A stretch of DNA of 64,000 nt from Candidatus Latescibacterota bacterium (GTDB lineage Bacteria > Latescibacterota > UBA2968), in contig OZ242311.1 in NCBI GenBank assembly GCA_965207885.1, positions 640,001-704,000 on the forward strand, in the 5' to 3' direction. Every line of letters begins with the position of its first letter. The first letter of the stretch is position 1. Positions 36,820 through 47,877 of the stretch are shown here, one piece after another. Under the pieces are notes generated by a model. That model saw only the letters and a program-made list of their open reading frames with translations. It was not told where the DNA came from and ran no database searches. The position numbers and the translations under genes are program-made.

Positions 36820-37926
36820 ATGGAATACTTAACATACAAATACAAAATGTATAGTCTCTGTGATCGCAATATGTATATCCATAGGGATATAGATTCTTTT
36901 GCTGAGGTGTATAATCATTTCATTGCCTTGCACAAGCGATACTATCGACGTTTTGGCAAGTATCCCAGTAAGTTCACAATGATTAACCATTTGGCAAAGC
37001 TGAAAAGAACAACACGCTTTGCACATTGGCGTTTGTTGCCGTCACAGGCATTGCAAAATGTGATTGAGCGCATAGACTTTGGCTATCAGAAATTTTTTGC
37101 CAGAGATAATAAGCGTCCGCCTACTTTCAGGTCTCGCTTTCGGTATCAGTCCTATACGCTGAAGCAAGCAGGATACAAATTCCTTGAGCGTAACAAGGTG
37201 CGTATTGGCAAGCGTATATTCAGATACCATAAGAGCAGAAAGTTCGATGTAGAGCGTATCAAGATGGTCACAATCAAACGTGACCGCGTAGGCGATTTGT
37301 GGCTATGTGTTGTTGCAAAGGCTGAGAGAATCAAGTCATTCATTATCAAGAACGGTAAAACCGCAGGTTTTGACTTTGGCTTGCAAACATATCTAACAGC
37401 CTCAGACAGCACAAGGACACAATCGCCATTGTTCTTCAATCGTAATTCGAGGAAAGTCAAAAAGGCTAATCGCAATCTTTCTCGTAAGAAGAAAGGTAGC
37501 AACAATCGTCACAGGGCAAGAGTAAATCATGCCAGAGTGCATAGGCGCGTTGCTAATCAGCGCAGAGACTATCATTGGCGACTTGCCTATCAACTGTGTA
37601 AAGACTATGACGTTATGTTCTTTGAGACTTTGAACATTGACGCCATGAAACAGTTGTGGGGACGAAAGATTAGCGATTTGGGCTTCTCAGACTTCTTGAA
37701 CATACTCAAGTATCTGGCAAAAAAGACTGGCAAAGTTGTCAAACAAATTGACCAATGGCTGCCCACGTCAAAGACATGCTCTGCTTGTGGCACAGTCAAA
37801 GAGGACCTCGAATTGCGAGAGAGAACATTCCATTGTTGCGCGTGTGGTCTTGAGATAGACAGAGACCTCAACGCGGCGATAAACATTCACAGGTGGGGGC
37901 GTCCACCTCTGGCGGAGGTAGCGTAA
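36820..37926 (+). CDS. tnpB: RNA-guided endonuclease TnpB (IS200/IS605 family), no tnpA
   Basis: TYKYKMY, SQALQ, GFDFGL (D), FETLN (E), TSKTCSAC/CCAC, DRDLNAAINI (D). Confidence 0.93.
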   Translation: MEYLTYKYKMYSLCDRNMYIHRDIDSFAEVYNHFIALHKRYYRRFGKYPSKFTMINHLAKLKRTTRFAHWRLLPSQALQNVIERIDFGYQKFFARDNKRPPTFRSRFRYQSYTLKQAGYKFLERNKVRIGKRIFRYHKSRKFDVERIKMVTIKRDRVGDLWLCVVAKAERIKSFIIKNGKTAGFDFGLQTYLTASDSTRTQSPLFFNRNSRKVKKANRNLSRKKKGSNNRHRARVNHARVHRRVANQRRDYHWRLAYQLCKDYDVMFFETLNIDAMKQLWGRKISDLGFSDFLNILKYLAKKTGKVVKQIDQWLPTSKTCSACGTVKEDLELRERTFHCCACGLEIDRDLNAAINIHRWGRPPLAEVA

Positions 37927-38028
37927 GACTTGCCGACCTTCGGGCAAGCAAGCAACTACTGTTGATCCCACAATCCCTGCTGAAGCAACAAGATTCTATA
38001 ATCCCAATGCTTTAGATTTGGGAGTACG

Positions 38029-38032
<4 letters not shown>
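37890..38032 (+). ncRNA. Putative omega/reRNA scaffold and IS right end; 5' boundary approximate
   Basis: Hairpins CTTGCCGACCTTCGGGCAAG and TCCCAA..TTGGGA ending in GTCAA directly after tnpB. Confidence 0.6.
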
Positions 38033-39501
<1,469 letters not shown>

Positions 39502-39538
39502 AGCGGGTACTCCTTTTGGGAATTAAGTGATTTTGATT

Positions 39539-39597
39539 GTCATTGCGGCATGTCCCCTGCTTAAGGCATGCAGGGGCATGCGTTAGCCGCAATCCAG
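39539..39597 (+). repeat. Palindromic repeat with nested CCCCTGC hairpin
   Basis: GTCATTGCGGCATGT[CCCCTGCTTAAGGCATGCAGGGG]CATGCGTTAGCCGCAATCCAG. Confidence 0.85.
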
Positions 39598-39693
39598 ATT
39601 TTTTACCACTTATAAGTTATGCAATTTCTATTTTCGACGATTAGACCCACGACCCCGTCCGATGGTTCCGAAAATCGGAGGCAAACCCCCAGA

Positions 39694-39769
39694 CTGGACC
39701 CCGTATAGAATCACTACGGGGTGACGATTGTCATCGCGGCATGCTTAAAGCCGCGATCCAGAAGGTTTT
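39694..39769. repeat. Inverted doublet of palindromic repeats
   Basis: CTGGACCCCGTA..TACGGGGTGACG then GTCATCGCGG..CCGCGATCCAGAAGGTTTT. Confidence 0.85.
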
Positions 39770-39781
39770 CTTGACTACTTT

Positions 39782-41284
39782 CTACAAATCGTATTGATCA
39801 ATCTTCCTGTACAGCGTGCGTACGGCCATGCCGAGTAGTTTTGCCGTGCGTTCTCGGTGGCCTCCGGTTACGCGCAGGGCATTGGCGATGGCTTCGCGTT
39901 CGAGTTCTCGCAAGGGGCGTATGTCCTTTTCGGTGAGTTCTTCGAGTTCCGCTTCTGTGTATCCAATTTCCGTTTCTTCTATGGGTGCGTCATAGATGGG
40001 GACGGGTATAGATGGCGGGGGCGATGTTTGCATGCTTTGCATCAAATAGGCTTTGAGTTCTTTGATGTCTTTGGCGACTTCGAGTATGGCCCAATAGAGC
40101 AGGTCGCGATCGGATTCTGCAGGTGTTTTGCCTGCGAGGACGGGGAGATAAGAGGGTTCTGTCACCGGGGATGTTTGGAGATATTGCGCGAGGTCCAGGG
40201 CAGATATGTGTCGGGTTTTGGATAGGACCATGAGGCGTTCGATGAGGTTGATGAGTTCCCGGACATTGCCCGGCCAGTGGTACTGTTGTAGCGCGTTCAT
40301 CGCGTCGGGTGCGAATTCTATGGGGGGCATGCGCAGTTCGGCGCTTTGTTTTTGGATGATGTTTTGCGCGATGAGGGGGATGTCATTGGGATGGGTGCGC
40401 AGGGGGGGCATGTCGATTTCTATGACGCGAAGGCGCTGGTAGAGGTCTTGCCGAAATTTGCCTTCGGCAACGGCTTGTTGCAGGTTGCGATTGGTGGCGG
40501 CTATGACGCGGACGTCAACGGCTATTGGGGCGGTGCTGCCCAGGCGGGTGACTTCTTTGGCGTCGAGGACGCGCAATAAGCGCACCTGTGCAGAGAGCGA
40601 CATTTCGCCGATTTCATCGAGGAAGACGGTGCCGCGGTTGGCGGCTTCAAAGATGCCGGACCGCTGCGCGCGCGCGTCGGTAAATGCGCCTTTTTCGTGG
40701 CCGAAGAGTTCGCTTTCGAGAAGGGTTTCGGGTATTGCGCCGCAGTTGATGATGAGAAATGGTTCGTCGCTGCGCGCGCTTTGCCGGTGGATGGCTTCGG
40801 CGATGAGGTTTTTTCCGGAGCCGCTTTCTCCTGTGATGAGTACGCTGACGGGGGTGGGCGCGATTTGTGCCACGCTTTCCCGGATTTGTTGCATGGCGTC
40901 CGAGCGGCCGAGGATGGCGGTGTCGGGCCGGGTGCGCTTTTGCGTCAGGGCGTCCTGCAATTCTGCGGGGATGAGTGGATAGGAGAGCAGGGCATCGGGG
41001 TCTAAGGTTGTTTGGAGTTGCGTGCCGTCTTGCGTGGTGATGACGAAGACGGGGATTTTTTCAGGTCGGTCGGATAATATGTCGGCGAGTTGCACTTCGG
41101 GCAATGTGGTTTCGTCCAGGATGAGCAGGTCAAACTGGTTTTCTGAGAGCAGTTTTCTGGCGGGTCTCACGCTGTTGGTCACAAGGGTTTGCCAGCCGAG
41201 TTCTTCGAGTGCAGCGCGCAGGTCCCGGCCCAGTGCAGTGGGCTGATCGACGATGATGAGGGCTTCTTTTTGGTCGGTGGGCAT
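39782..41284 (-). CDS. Sigma-54-dependent transcriptional activator (degenerate receiver-AAA+-HTH)
   Basis: GESGSGK, ESELFGHEKGAFTDA, FLDEIGE, WPGNVREL, C-terminal Fis-type HTH. Confidence 0.92.
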   Translation of the reverse strand: MPTDQKEALIIVDQPTALGRDLRAALEELGWQTLVTNSVRPARKLLSENQFDLLILDETTLPEVQLADILSDRPEKIPVFVITTQDGTQLQTTLDPDALLSYPLIPAELQDALTQKRTRPDTAILGRSDAMQQIRESVAQIAPTPVSVLITGESGSGKNLIAEAIHRQSARSDEPFLIINCGAIPETLLESELFGHEKGAFTDARAQRSGIFEAANRGTVFLDEIGEMSLSAQVRLLRVLDAKEVTRLGSTAPIAVDVRVIAATNRNLQQAVAEGKFRQDLYQRLRVIEIDMPPLRTHPNDIPLIAQNIIQKQSAELRMPPIEFAPDAMNALQQYHWPGNVRELINLIERLMVLSKTRHISALDLAQYLQTSPVTEPSYLPVLAGKTPAESDRDLLYWAILEVAKDIKELKAYLMQSMQTSPPPSIPVPIYDAPIEETEIGYTEAELEELTEKDIRPLRELEREAIANALRVTGGHRERTAKLLGMAVRTLYRKIDQYDL

Positions 41285-41312
41285 GGTTATAATATGGTCA
41301 GTGATTTTGCTT

Positions 41313-41402
41313 GTCATCGCGGCATGGTTTAAGCCGCGATCCAGAGGTTTTGCCTTTGATTCTGGTTTTTGCCCCCTGCTCAAAACCATGCAGGGGCAGG
41401 CT
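41313..41402 (+). repeat. Palindromic repeat plus CCCCTGC...GCAGGGGCAGGCT module
   Basis: GTCATCGCGGCATGGTTTAAGCCGCGATCCAG; CCCCTGCTCAAAACCATGCAGGGGCAGGCT. Confidence 0.85.
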
Positions 41403-41420
41403 TTTATCCCGTTCATCCTT

Positions 41421-44400
41421 TCATCTTGTAAATCCTGATTCTGACTGTGTTTTTATTTGTTGAATGCGTTTCTCTGCCTCAATGCCGTAGATACTGGCTA
41501 CGCCGTGGCTGCGTTTGATGGCTTCGAGTTCTTGTATGGCTTGTGCGATGTTGTTCTGTGCGGCATAGCAGTCCGCTATTTTCATTTGTGCAGATGCGAT
41601 CCACATCGGTCCCGCGTTCTGATTGTAGCGCAGGATTAAAAATTCTCGGAGTGCGTTGTCATAGTCGGCCAGTTCAAAATAATTTTCTGCGATGGAATAC
41701 TGGACGCTGGCTTTTTCGCCTTCCACGGTTACGAGTTTGAGCAGGGGGCGAAGTTCTGCAATGGCTCGTTCGTGGTCGCCTTTGTTGGGCAGGTAAATGG
41801 TGCCGATGTCGATGCGGGCGCTTAGGGCAAGGCGGTCCTGGGGAAATTCTCGGATGAGTTGGCGCGCAAAGTTGATGGCGAGGTCGTAAGCGTTGAGGTT
41901 GCTGTAGTTTTTTGCGAGTTTGTGGAGGATGCCGGGTTTTTCGGATTTGGCGACGCCTTTTTCTATGGCGTTGCGATATGCGCGTGCAGACAGGTTGTAT
42001 TCTTCGTTGCGTTCCCAAAATGCGGCGAGTTCGAGGTTGGCATCTACCCAGTGCGGGCTGTCGGGATAATTTTTTATGAATGTGCCCAGTGCGTTGAGAT
42101 AGGGTTCGTTGTTGCCGTCTTTGTCGGGTCCTTCGTCGCGATAGGCGCGGATGATGTAATAGCGCGCGTCGGCTTCTGCTTCGGTTCTGGCGTATTTTTT
42201 CGAGATGTCTTGAAAGATTTGTCGCGCTTTTTTGGGGTTTTTGACGGCGAGTTGATATTTGCCTTTTTCCACTTCAAAGCGGGCGACCCATTCGGTTGCT
42301 GTTTTATAGGTTTTTTTGAATTGGCCCGCGGCTTTGTTGGCTTCGCTGATGCGCCGGAGGCGGTAGAGGCTCAAGACTTCGCGGGCGGCCATGGTTTCGT
42401 TGCGCGCAGGTTCTGGTATGCGCTGGTACGCGGCGATGGCCTGGGCGTATTTTTCCGTTTGAAAGAGGAGATCGCCCACGGATTGGTCCGCCTGTGTGCC
42501 GAGCGGGCTGTCGGGATATTTTTTGGAGAATTCGCGGAAGGCGGTGAGGGCTTCTGATGTGCGGTTGAGATGTGTCAGGTGTTCGGCGCGCGTGTAGGCG
42601 ATGCTGTCGGCGTCGGGTGCTTGTGGATATTTTCGGAGGTACATGTTATAGGTTGTGATGGCTTTGTCGCGCTGGTTGTTCTGAGCATAGGATTCGGCGA
42701 GGCGGCGCAATAATTGGGGGGTGGTGTTGTGGGTGATCAATCGTTCGTCTATTTCTATGGCGCGTTGATAGTTGCCCAGGCGGTGGTGGCTTTCTGATAG
42801 GAGCGAGCGGGCAGATCGCTGGAGTGCGAGTGAGGGAGATGCGGACAGGAGTTCGGAGAATGCTTCGGCGGCGCTGGCGTAAAATTCCCGGTCGAGGAGT
42901 ATGCGCCCCAGTTGAAATTGCGCGTGGGATGACAGGTCGCTCTGGGGATAGTTGAAGAGAAAGTTTTTCAGGGTTTCTTCGGCGCGCGCGTGTTGTTGTT
43001 GCTGCGCCTGACACAAGCCAATGCCATATGTGGCTTTTTCACTGTGTGTGGGATTGCTGGCGTTTTTTTGTACCTGGAGGTACAGGCTCAGGGCGCTGTC
43101 GATGTGGGTGTTGGAAAAGTGGGCGTCGGCGATTCGCAGGAGCAGGGCGGGGCTGTTGGCATGTGTTTTGCGATATGCGCGATATGCGCTCAGGCGCGTT
43201 TGTGCGCGGAGGGTGTCGGGTTGTATGTGGGCTGTTTCTGTGTGTATGACTGCGAGCGCGGCGTCTTTTGTGTGGTCGTTGTCGGGGAATTTTTGGATGA
43301 GTATTTTGAGTGTTGTGAGGCCCTTGTTTTGCCATTCGTCTGGGGATTTGTTTTCAAGGGTGGCTCTGCGCGCCTGTTTTAGATAGCTGTTGCCGAGGAG
43401 ATAATAGGCTTCAGATGCCCAGGAGGGTGCGTTGCCAAATGCCGATTCATTGGGTATGGGTGTGTCGTCATCAGGTGATGTATCATTATTAGATGTGTCG
43501 TCCGATGTGTCGCTGGGTCCTTCGGCGGGTATGTCTTCAGATGTGCCGTCCCGCATGTCTCCCTGTGTCTGCCCATCAGATAATGCGAGTGCGGCTTCGG
43601 CTGCGCGTGCGGCTTCGGCCGCAAGGGCGAGTGTGTCGTCCGATGTGGTTGCGGGTGTGTTTTCGGGTGTTTTGTCTGTTTCTTCGACGAGTATGTGTTC
43701 ATAGGCTGAGGGGGGTATCCCCCGGGCTGTTAGCGCGGTTTCGAGGTGGGTGATTGCGCGGTTGTAGTGTTTTTGGTTGTAGAAGGTTTTGCCGAGTTTT
43801 AGTTGCGTGTGTGCGTCGTCGGCGATGCCGGGGAGGGTGGCTATCAGTTCGACCCAGATGCGGTCGCGGTCGGTTGTGGTGCCAAATTCCGTGAGGATCT
43901 GGATGCGCGTTTCCGCTGTTTCGGCGCGCGAGGCGTCGCCGTGATTTTTGATGTAGATGCGGTATTCTCGCAGTGCGCGTGCGGTTTCTCCGGTTTTTTC
44001 AAATACGCGGGCAAGGCCGTATTGACCTTCGGCGGCGTAGTGCGCGATTGGGCTGTTGATCAGGGTGCGATAATTTTCGGCTGCGAGGTCGTGCCAGTGC
44101 AGGTCTTCGCAGATTTGCGCGATGAGCAGTCGTGCTCTGGCTTTTTCGATAGGGGATTGTATGCGGGTCAGGTATGTTTGATAGGCCGATAATGCCTTTT
44201 GGTGCGTTCCAAGGGCGCGCCATAAGTTTCCGATGTCGCCGTATGCCTGGATGCTGATGTCCGTGTCTGGATATTTTTCCTGAAGACTTTTGAATGCGTC
44301 CAGGGCATTGCGATAATTTTTCAGGTCTGCAAATGTGCGGCCATAGCCTATCAGGGCATGGGCGTGGAAAGGGCTTTTGGGGTAGGTTCTTAGAAATGCG

Positions 44401-45353
44401 GCGTAGCGCTGTAGCGCACTTTCGCTTTTGCCGAGTTTGCGTTTTGCATTTGCACTTCCCAACAGGGCTTGTTGGCGACGGGTGTTGTTCGGTATTGTTC
44501 CGAGGGCGTTGTTATAGGTTTTTTCAGCGCTTGCCCAGTCGTTTTTGCCGGCGTGCCACGCGCCTGTGATGAGGTGCGAGTTCTGGGCGGCGGGTGTTGC
44601 GGGATATCTGGCGCGCAGGTTTGCAAAGATGCGTTCTGCTTCCGAGAGGTTGTCGCGCGATAGGGCGATGTTGCCCATTTCGAGGAGGGCGTCGGGTTTG
44701 CGTTTTGCGGGACCGGGACGTTCGGCGAGGGTGCGAAATTGCACGAGGGCTTCTTCGGTGCGCGATTCTTCGAGTAAGACGCTGCCCAGGTTGAAGGTGG
44801 CTTCGTTGATCAGAGGCGATTTGGGATATTGTTCGACGAGTTGGCGAAAGGCCGCGCCCGCTTCTGATAAGGCACCGCCTTTGTGGTAGTTCTCGCCAGC
44901 GGATAGGAGGTCCTGCGGCGCATTTGTCGAGGCGGGATAGGCCGCGTGTACATCGCGATAGGCCGCACCTGCTCGGGTGTGTTCTCCAAGTTGGCTGAGT
45001 GCATTGGCGCGTGCGCGCATTGCATTACCTACTTCGATGTGGGTGGCGTAGCGGTCGATGAATTGCTGAAAGGCTTCGAGTGCGAGGTCGTATTGTTCGG
45101 CTCTGGCAAGCGCCAATCCAACGCGCAGCATAGCATCGGGCAGTCGCTTGCTGGCGGGAAAGTTGATGATGAATTGCTTGTATTCCCGCGCGGCATCGGC
45201 ATAGAGTCCATCGTCGAAGATCCGAGTGGCGAGTTCGTAATGGGCGTTTTCATCCTGGGTCCCCTGCGCACAGAGGTGGGATGAGATGCCGAGGAGGAGG
45301 ATGCAAAATGCAGTGGTGATACCACGGGTTAATGTGTTTATAATAAGGATCAT
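41421..45353 (-). CDS. Large exported TPR protein (CpoB/BamD-like repeats) with an acidic linker
   Basis: Signal peptide, many A...Y..(F/L)...YP.S repeats, D/S/T-rich segment near 43440-43690; start uncertain. Confidence 0.85.
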   Translation of the reverse strand: MILIINTLTRGITTAFCILLLGISSHLCAQGTQDENAHYELATRIFDDGLYADAAREYKQFIINFPASKRLPDAMLRVGLALARAEQYDLALEAFQQFIDRYATHIEVGNAMRARANALSQLGEHTRAGAAYRDVHAAYPASTNAPQDLLSAGENYHKGGALSEAGAAFRQLVEQYPKSPLINEATFNLGSVLLEESRTEEALVQFRTLAERPGPAKRKPDALLEMGNIALSRDNLSEAERIFANLRARYPATPAAQNSHLITGAWHAGKNDWASAEKTYNNALGTIPNNTRRQQALLGSANAKRKLGKSESALQRYAAFLRTYPKSPFHAHALIGYGRTFADLKNYRNALDAFKSLQEKYPDTDISIQAYGDIGNLWRALGTHQKALSAYQTYLTRIQSPIEKARARLLIAQICEDLHWHDLAAENYRTLINSPIAHYAAEGQYGLARVFEKTGETARALREYRIYIKNHGDASRAETAETRIQILTEFGTTTDRDRIWVELIATLPGIADDAHTQLKLGKTFYNQKHYNRAITHLETALTARGIPPSAYEHILVEETDKTPENTPATTSDDTLALAAEAARAAEAALALSDGQTQGDMRDGTSEDIPAEGPSDTSDDTSNNDTSPDDDTPIPNESAFGNAPSWASEAYYLLGNSYLKQARRATLENKSPDEWQNKGLTTLKILIQKFPDNDHTKDAALAVIHTETAHIQPDTLRAQTRLSAYRAYRKTHANSPALLLRIADAHFSNTHIDSALSLYLQVQKNASNPTHSEKATYGIGLCQAQQQQHARAEETLKNFLFNYPQSDLSSHAQFQLGRILLDREFYASAAEAFSELLSASPSLALQRSARSLLSESHHRLGNYQRAIEIDERLITHNTTPQLLRRLAESYAQNNQRDKAITTYNMYLRKYPQAPDADSIAYTRAEHLTHLNRTSEALTAFREFSKKYPDSPLGTQADQSVGDLLFQTEKYAQAIAAYQRIPEPARNETMAAREVLSLYRLRRISEANKAAGQFKKTYKTATEWVARFEVEKGKYQLAVKNPKKARQIFQDISKKYARTEAEADARYYIIRAYRDEGPDKDGNNEPYLNALGTFIKNYPDSPHWVDANLELAAFWERNEEYNLSARAYRNAIEKGVAKSEKPGILHKLAKNYSNLNAYDLAINFARQLIREFPQDRLALSARIDIGTIYLPNKGDHERAIAELRPLLKLVTVEGEKASVQYSIAENYFELADYDNALREFLILRYNQNAGPMWIASAQMKIADCYAAQNNIAQAIQELEAIKRSHGVASIYGIEAEKRIQQIKTQSESGFTR

Positions 45354-45390
45354 GAAAAGTGTGAAGGTTGAAGGTTGAAGTGTGAACAAC

Positions 45391-45447
45391 CGTAGGGGCG
45401 AGGCATGCCTCGCCCGTCATCGCGGCAGGGTGTAAGCCGCGATCCAG
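45391..45447 (+). repeat. GTAG-type REP fused to a CGTCA repeat
   Basis: CGTAGGGGCGAGGCATGCCTCGCC directly joined to CGTCATCGCGG..CCGCGATCCAG. Confidence 0.85.
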
Positions 45448-45519
45448 TGGTTTTGAGGTTTTTGTCCTGCCTCCCGAATGTATCACATTTTACAAAAGGC
45501 GTCAATGGGAGATAGTGTT

Positions 45520-46371
45520 TTGAAAATTGTCGAATACGCATATGCAAAGCTCAATTTGGGGCTGAAGATTCTCGGGCGGCGCAGCGATGGGTTTCACAAT
45601 ATTTTATCGGTTTTTCAGACTGTGGATCTGTGCGATCGCCTCGTTTTTGAGCCAGCGGGACAGGGGCAGATTATTTTGTCGTGCGACGATGCGGATTTGC
45701 CCACTGGTCCAGAAAATCTGGTCTATAAGGCGGTTCTGGCGTTTCGGTCTTATACGGGGATGGATCACGGGGTTGAGGTTGTGATAGAGAAGCGGATTCC
45801 GATGGCGGCGGGTTTGGGCGGGGGGAGTTCAGATGCAGCGGCTGTGTTGCGGGTTTTGAATCGGGCGTGGGAAGCGGGTCTTTCAGGTGGAGAATTGCGC
45901 GAGATAGGCGCGACTTTGGGGTCCGATGTGCCGTTTTTTGTGCGGCAAAAGGGTACGGCAGTGGTTTCGGGGCGGGGAGAGATTATGCGGTATGTGCCGT
46001 GGTCTGCAGATGTGGCTTATGTGCTGGTTTGTCCGGGGTTCCAGGTGCATACGGGCTGGGCGTTTGCGAATTATAAAAAGACCTTGACAGGGCATGGTGA
46101 ATATGATAGCTTCATTAATTCTGTAAAAGATTTGCCTGTTTCGGGTTTTTGGGGGCGTATTGAGAATGATTTTCTGTCTCTTATCGTTCAATCGCATCCG
46201 GAAACGCGCGATATTTTGTCGCGGTTGACAGATGCCGGCGCGATCGTTGCGTCGATGTCTGGCAGCGGTTCTACGCTGTACGGTGTTTTTGAGTCTCGAG
46301 ATGTTGCCGAGGCTGTTTGGGCAGGGTTTAAAGCCGATCAGTTTCGGGCGTTTTTGTGTTGTCCGGTTTGA
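45520..46371 (+). CDS. ispE: 4-diphosphocytidyl-2-C-methyl-D-erythritol kinase
   Basis: AKLNLGL, KRIPMAAGLGGGSSDAA, GSDVPFF, MSGSGS. Confidence 0.96.
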   Translation: MKIVEYAYAKLNLGLKILGRRSDGFHNILSVFQTVDLCDRLVFEPAGQGQIILSCDDADLPTGPENLVYKAVLAFRSYTGMDHGVEVVIEKRIPMAAGLGGGSSDAAAVLRVLNRAWEAGLSGGELREIGATLGSDVPFFVRQKGTAVVSGRGEIMRYVPWSADVAYVLVCPGFQVHTGWAFANYKKTLTGHGEYDSFINSVKDLPVSGFWGRIENDFLSLIVQSHPETRDILSRLTDAGAIVASMSGSGSTLYGVFESRDVAEAVWAGFKADQFRAFLCCPV

Positions 46372-46375
46372 TTTA

Positions 46376-46456
46376 CGTAGGGGCGGTGCCTGTATAGAGG
46401 CATTACGGGGCAGGCTCCAGGGTGTCATCGCGGTATGGTGTTGAGCCGCGATCCAG
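46376..46456 (+). repeat. Composite palindromic repeat
   Basis: CGTAGGGGCGG, CCTGTATAGAGGCATTACGGGGCAGGCT, GTCATCGCGG..CCGCGATCCAG. Confidence 0.85.
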
Positions 46457-46474
46457 AAGATTTTGGAGAATATC

Positions 46475-47191
46475 ATGTCCGATCAAGTTTCTCTCAATGT
46501 AGATGTTCGCACGGAAGCTGGCAAGAAGGTCGCCAAAAAGTTGCGCTTTCGCGGTCAATTGCCCGCGGTTGTCTATGGCGAAGGTGCCGAGTCTGTTGCC
46601 TGTTCCGTGGATCAGCGCAGGTTGACGGATTTGTTGAAGGCGCACGGTCGCAATGCCATTATTTCGCTGAGTGCGGGCGATACAAGCCAGAGTACGATTA
46701 TTAAGGATATTCAGTATCATCCCGTGCGCGATGAGATTTTACATGTGGATTTTCACCGCATTGATTTGACGCGCAAGATTGTGGTTGAGGTGCCCCTTCA
46801 CGCTACGGGGTCGGCTGTTGGCGTGCGGATTGGCGAGGGGATTCTGGAACAGATGTTGCACGATCTCGAGGTCGAGTGCCTGCCCACAGAGATCCCCGAT
46901 CATATTGAAATCGATGTGTCGGATCTGGATATCGGCGATTCGCTGCACGTTTCGGATATTGTCGTGGATGGCGATGATTTTTCTATTGTGACGGATAGCG
47001 ACCGCACGATTTTTGCGGTGGCTGCGCCCTCGCTTGTTATTGAAGAGGAAGAGGAAGAGGCGGACGAAGAAGGATTGGTCGCTGAGGGCGAAGAAGGCGC
47101 TGAGGGCGAAGAAGGCGCAGAAATGCAGGAGCCAGAGCTTATTGAGCGCGGCAGACGCAGCCGCGATGACGAAGAAGGCGATGAGTCGTAG
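46475..47191 (+). CDS. rplY: 50S ribosomal protein L25 (Ctc)
   Basis: PAVVYG, IQYHPV...HVDF, ECLPTEIP, IGDSLHVSD, acidic tail. Confidence 0.96.
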   Translation: MSDQVSLNVDVRTEAGKKVAKKLRFRGQLPAVVYGEGAESVACSVDQRRLTDLLKAHGRNAIISLSAGDTSQSTIIKDIQYHPVRDEILHVDFHRIDLTRKIVVEVPLHATGSAVGVRIGEGILEQMLHDLEVECLPTEIPDHIEIDVSDLDIGDSLHVSDIVVDGDDFSIVTDSDRTIFAVAAPSLVIEEEEEEADEEGLVAEGEEGAEGEEGAEMQEPELIERGRRSRDDEEGDES

Positions 47192-47738
47192 TGTAAAGGC
47201 GATTGTGGGGTTGGGCAATCCGGGCGCGCGCTATGCACAGACGCGCCACAATGTGGGGTTTTGGGTGGTTGATGCGCTGGGCAAAGATGCACTATGGCAT
47301 GCATTTGAATTTTGTACGTGGTGCAGGTTTTCAGATGATCTGGTGCTGGCCAAGCCGCTGACGTATATGAATAAGAGCGGTTTGGGTGTGGCGGAAATTG
47401 TGCGGTGTTTTCAGGTTGCACGGGCAGATGTTCTGGTGGTGGTTGACGATGTGCATATAGATTTGGGTCGGTTGCGCTTTCGGCGCGCGGGCAGTCACGG
47501 TGGGCACAATGGTTTGCGGTCTGTTGAATGCGCGTTGGGGGCTGCAGATTTTCCGCGGTTGCGCATCGGTGTTGGGCAACCCACCCGGTTGGATGGCATG
47601 ATTGATTACGTGTTGGGTAAATTTACATTCGAAGATCGGGATGTGATTACAGATGCGGTTGGGCAAGCGGTTAACGGCGCGCTTTGCTGGGCAAGAGAAG
47701 GTATTGAACGGGCGATGAATCAGTATAATAAGAAGTGA
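47181..47738 (+). CDS. pth: Peptidyl-tRNA hydrolase
   Basis: VGLGNPG..Y..TRHNVGF, KPLTYMNKSG, GGHNGL, RLRIGVG. Confidence 0.96.
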   Translation: MSRSVKAIVGLGNPGARYAQTRHNVGFWVVDALGKDALWHAFEFCTWCRFSDDLVLAKPLTYMNKSGLGVAEIVRCFQVARADVLVVVDDVHIDLGRLRFRRAGSHGGHNGLRSVECALGAADFPRLRIGVGQPTRLDGMIDYVLGKFTFEDRDVITDAVGQAVNGALCWAREGIERAMNQYNKK

Positions 47739-47820
47739 GCGGGTCTCACACGAGCGGGGTACAACTGGCTGTCTCTCAGGCCAGTTCAAGACACAAAGAC
47801 ACAAGGACGATAAAGGCGTT

Positions 47821-47853
47821 CGTCATTGCGGCAGGGTTTAAGCCGCAATCCAG
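47821..47853 (+). repeat. CGTCA...TCCAG palindromic repeat
   Basis: CGTCATTGCGGCAGGGTTTAAGCCGCAATCCAG. Confidence 0.9.
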
Positions 47854-47877
47854 GGGTTTTGTTGTTATTGCGCGTGG

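Noticed and set aside
36820-37926. Cas12f or a catalytically dead TnpB-derived regulator
   Set aside because: No CRISPR array nearby, the catalytic triad is intact and an IS-type right end follows
39782-41416. ORF-track N-terminal extensions of the sigma-54 activator, hisB, rfbG and pth
   Set aside because: Extensions run through repeats or upstream genes; downstream starts fit the family N-termini better
46372-46474. tRNA gene after ispE
   Set aside because: The space is filled by palindromic repeats; no T-arm or cloverleaf
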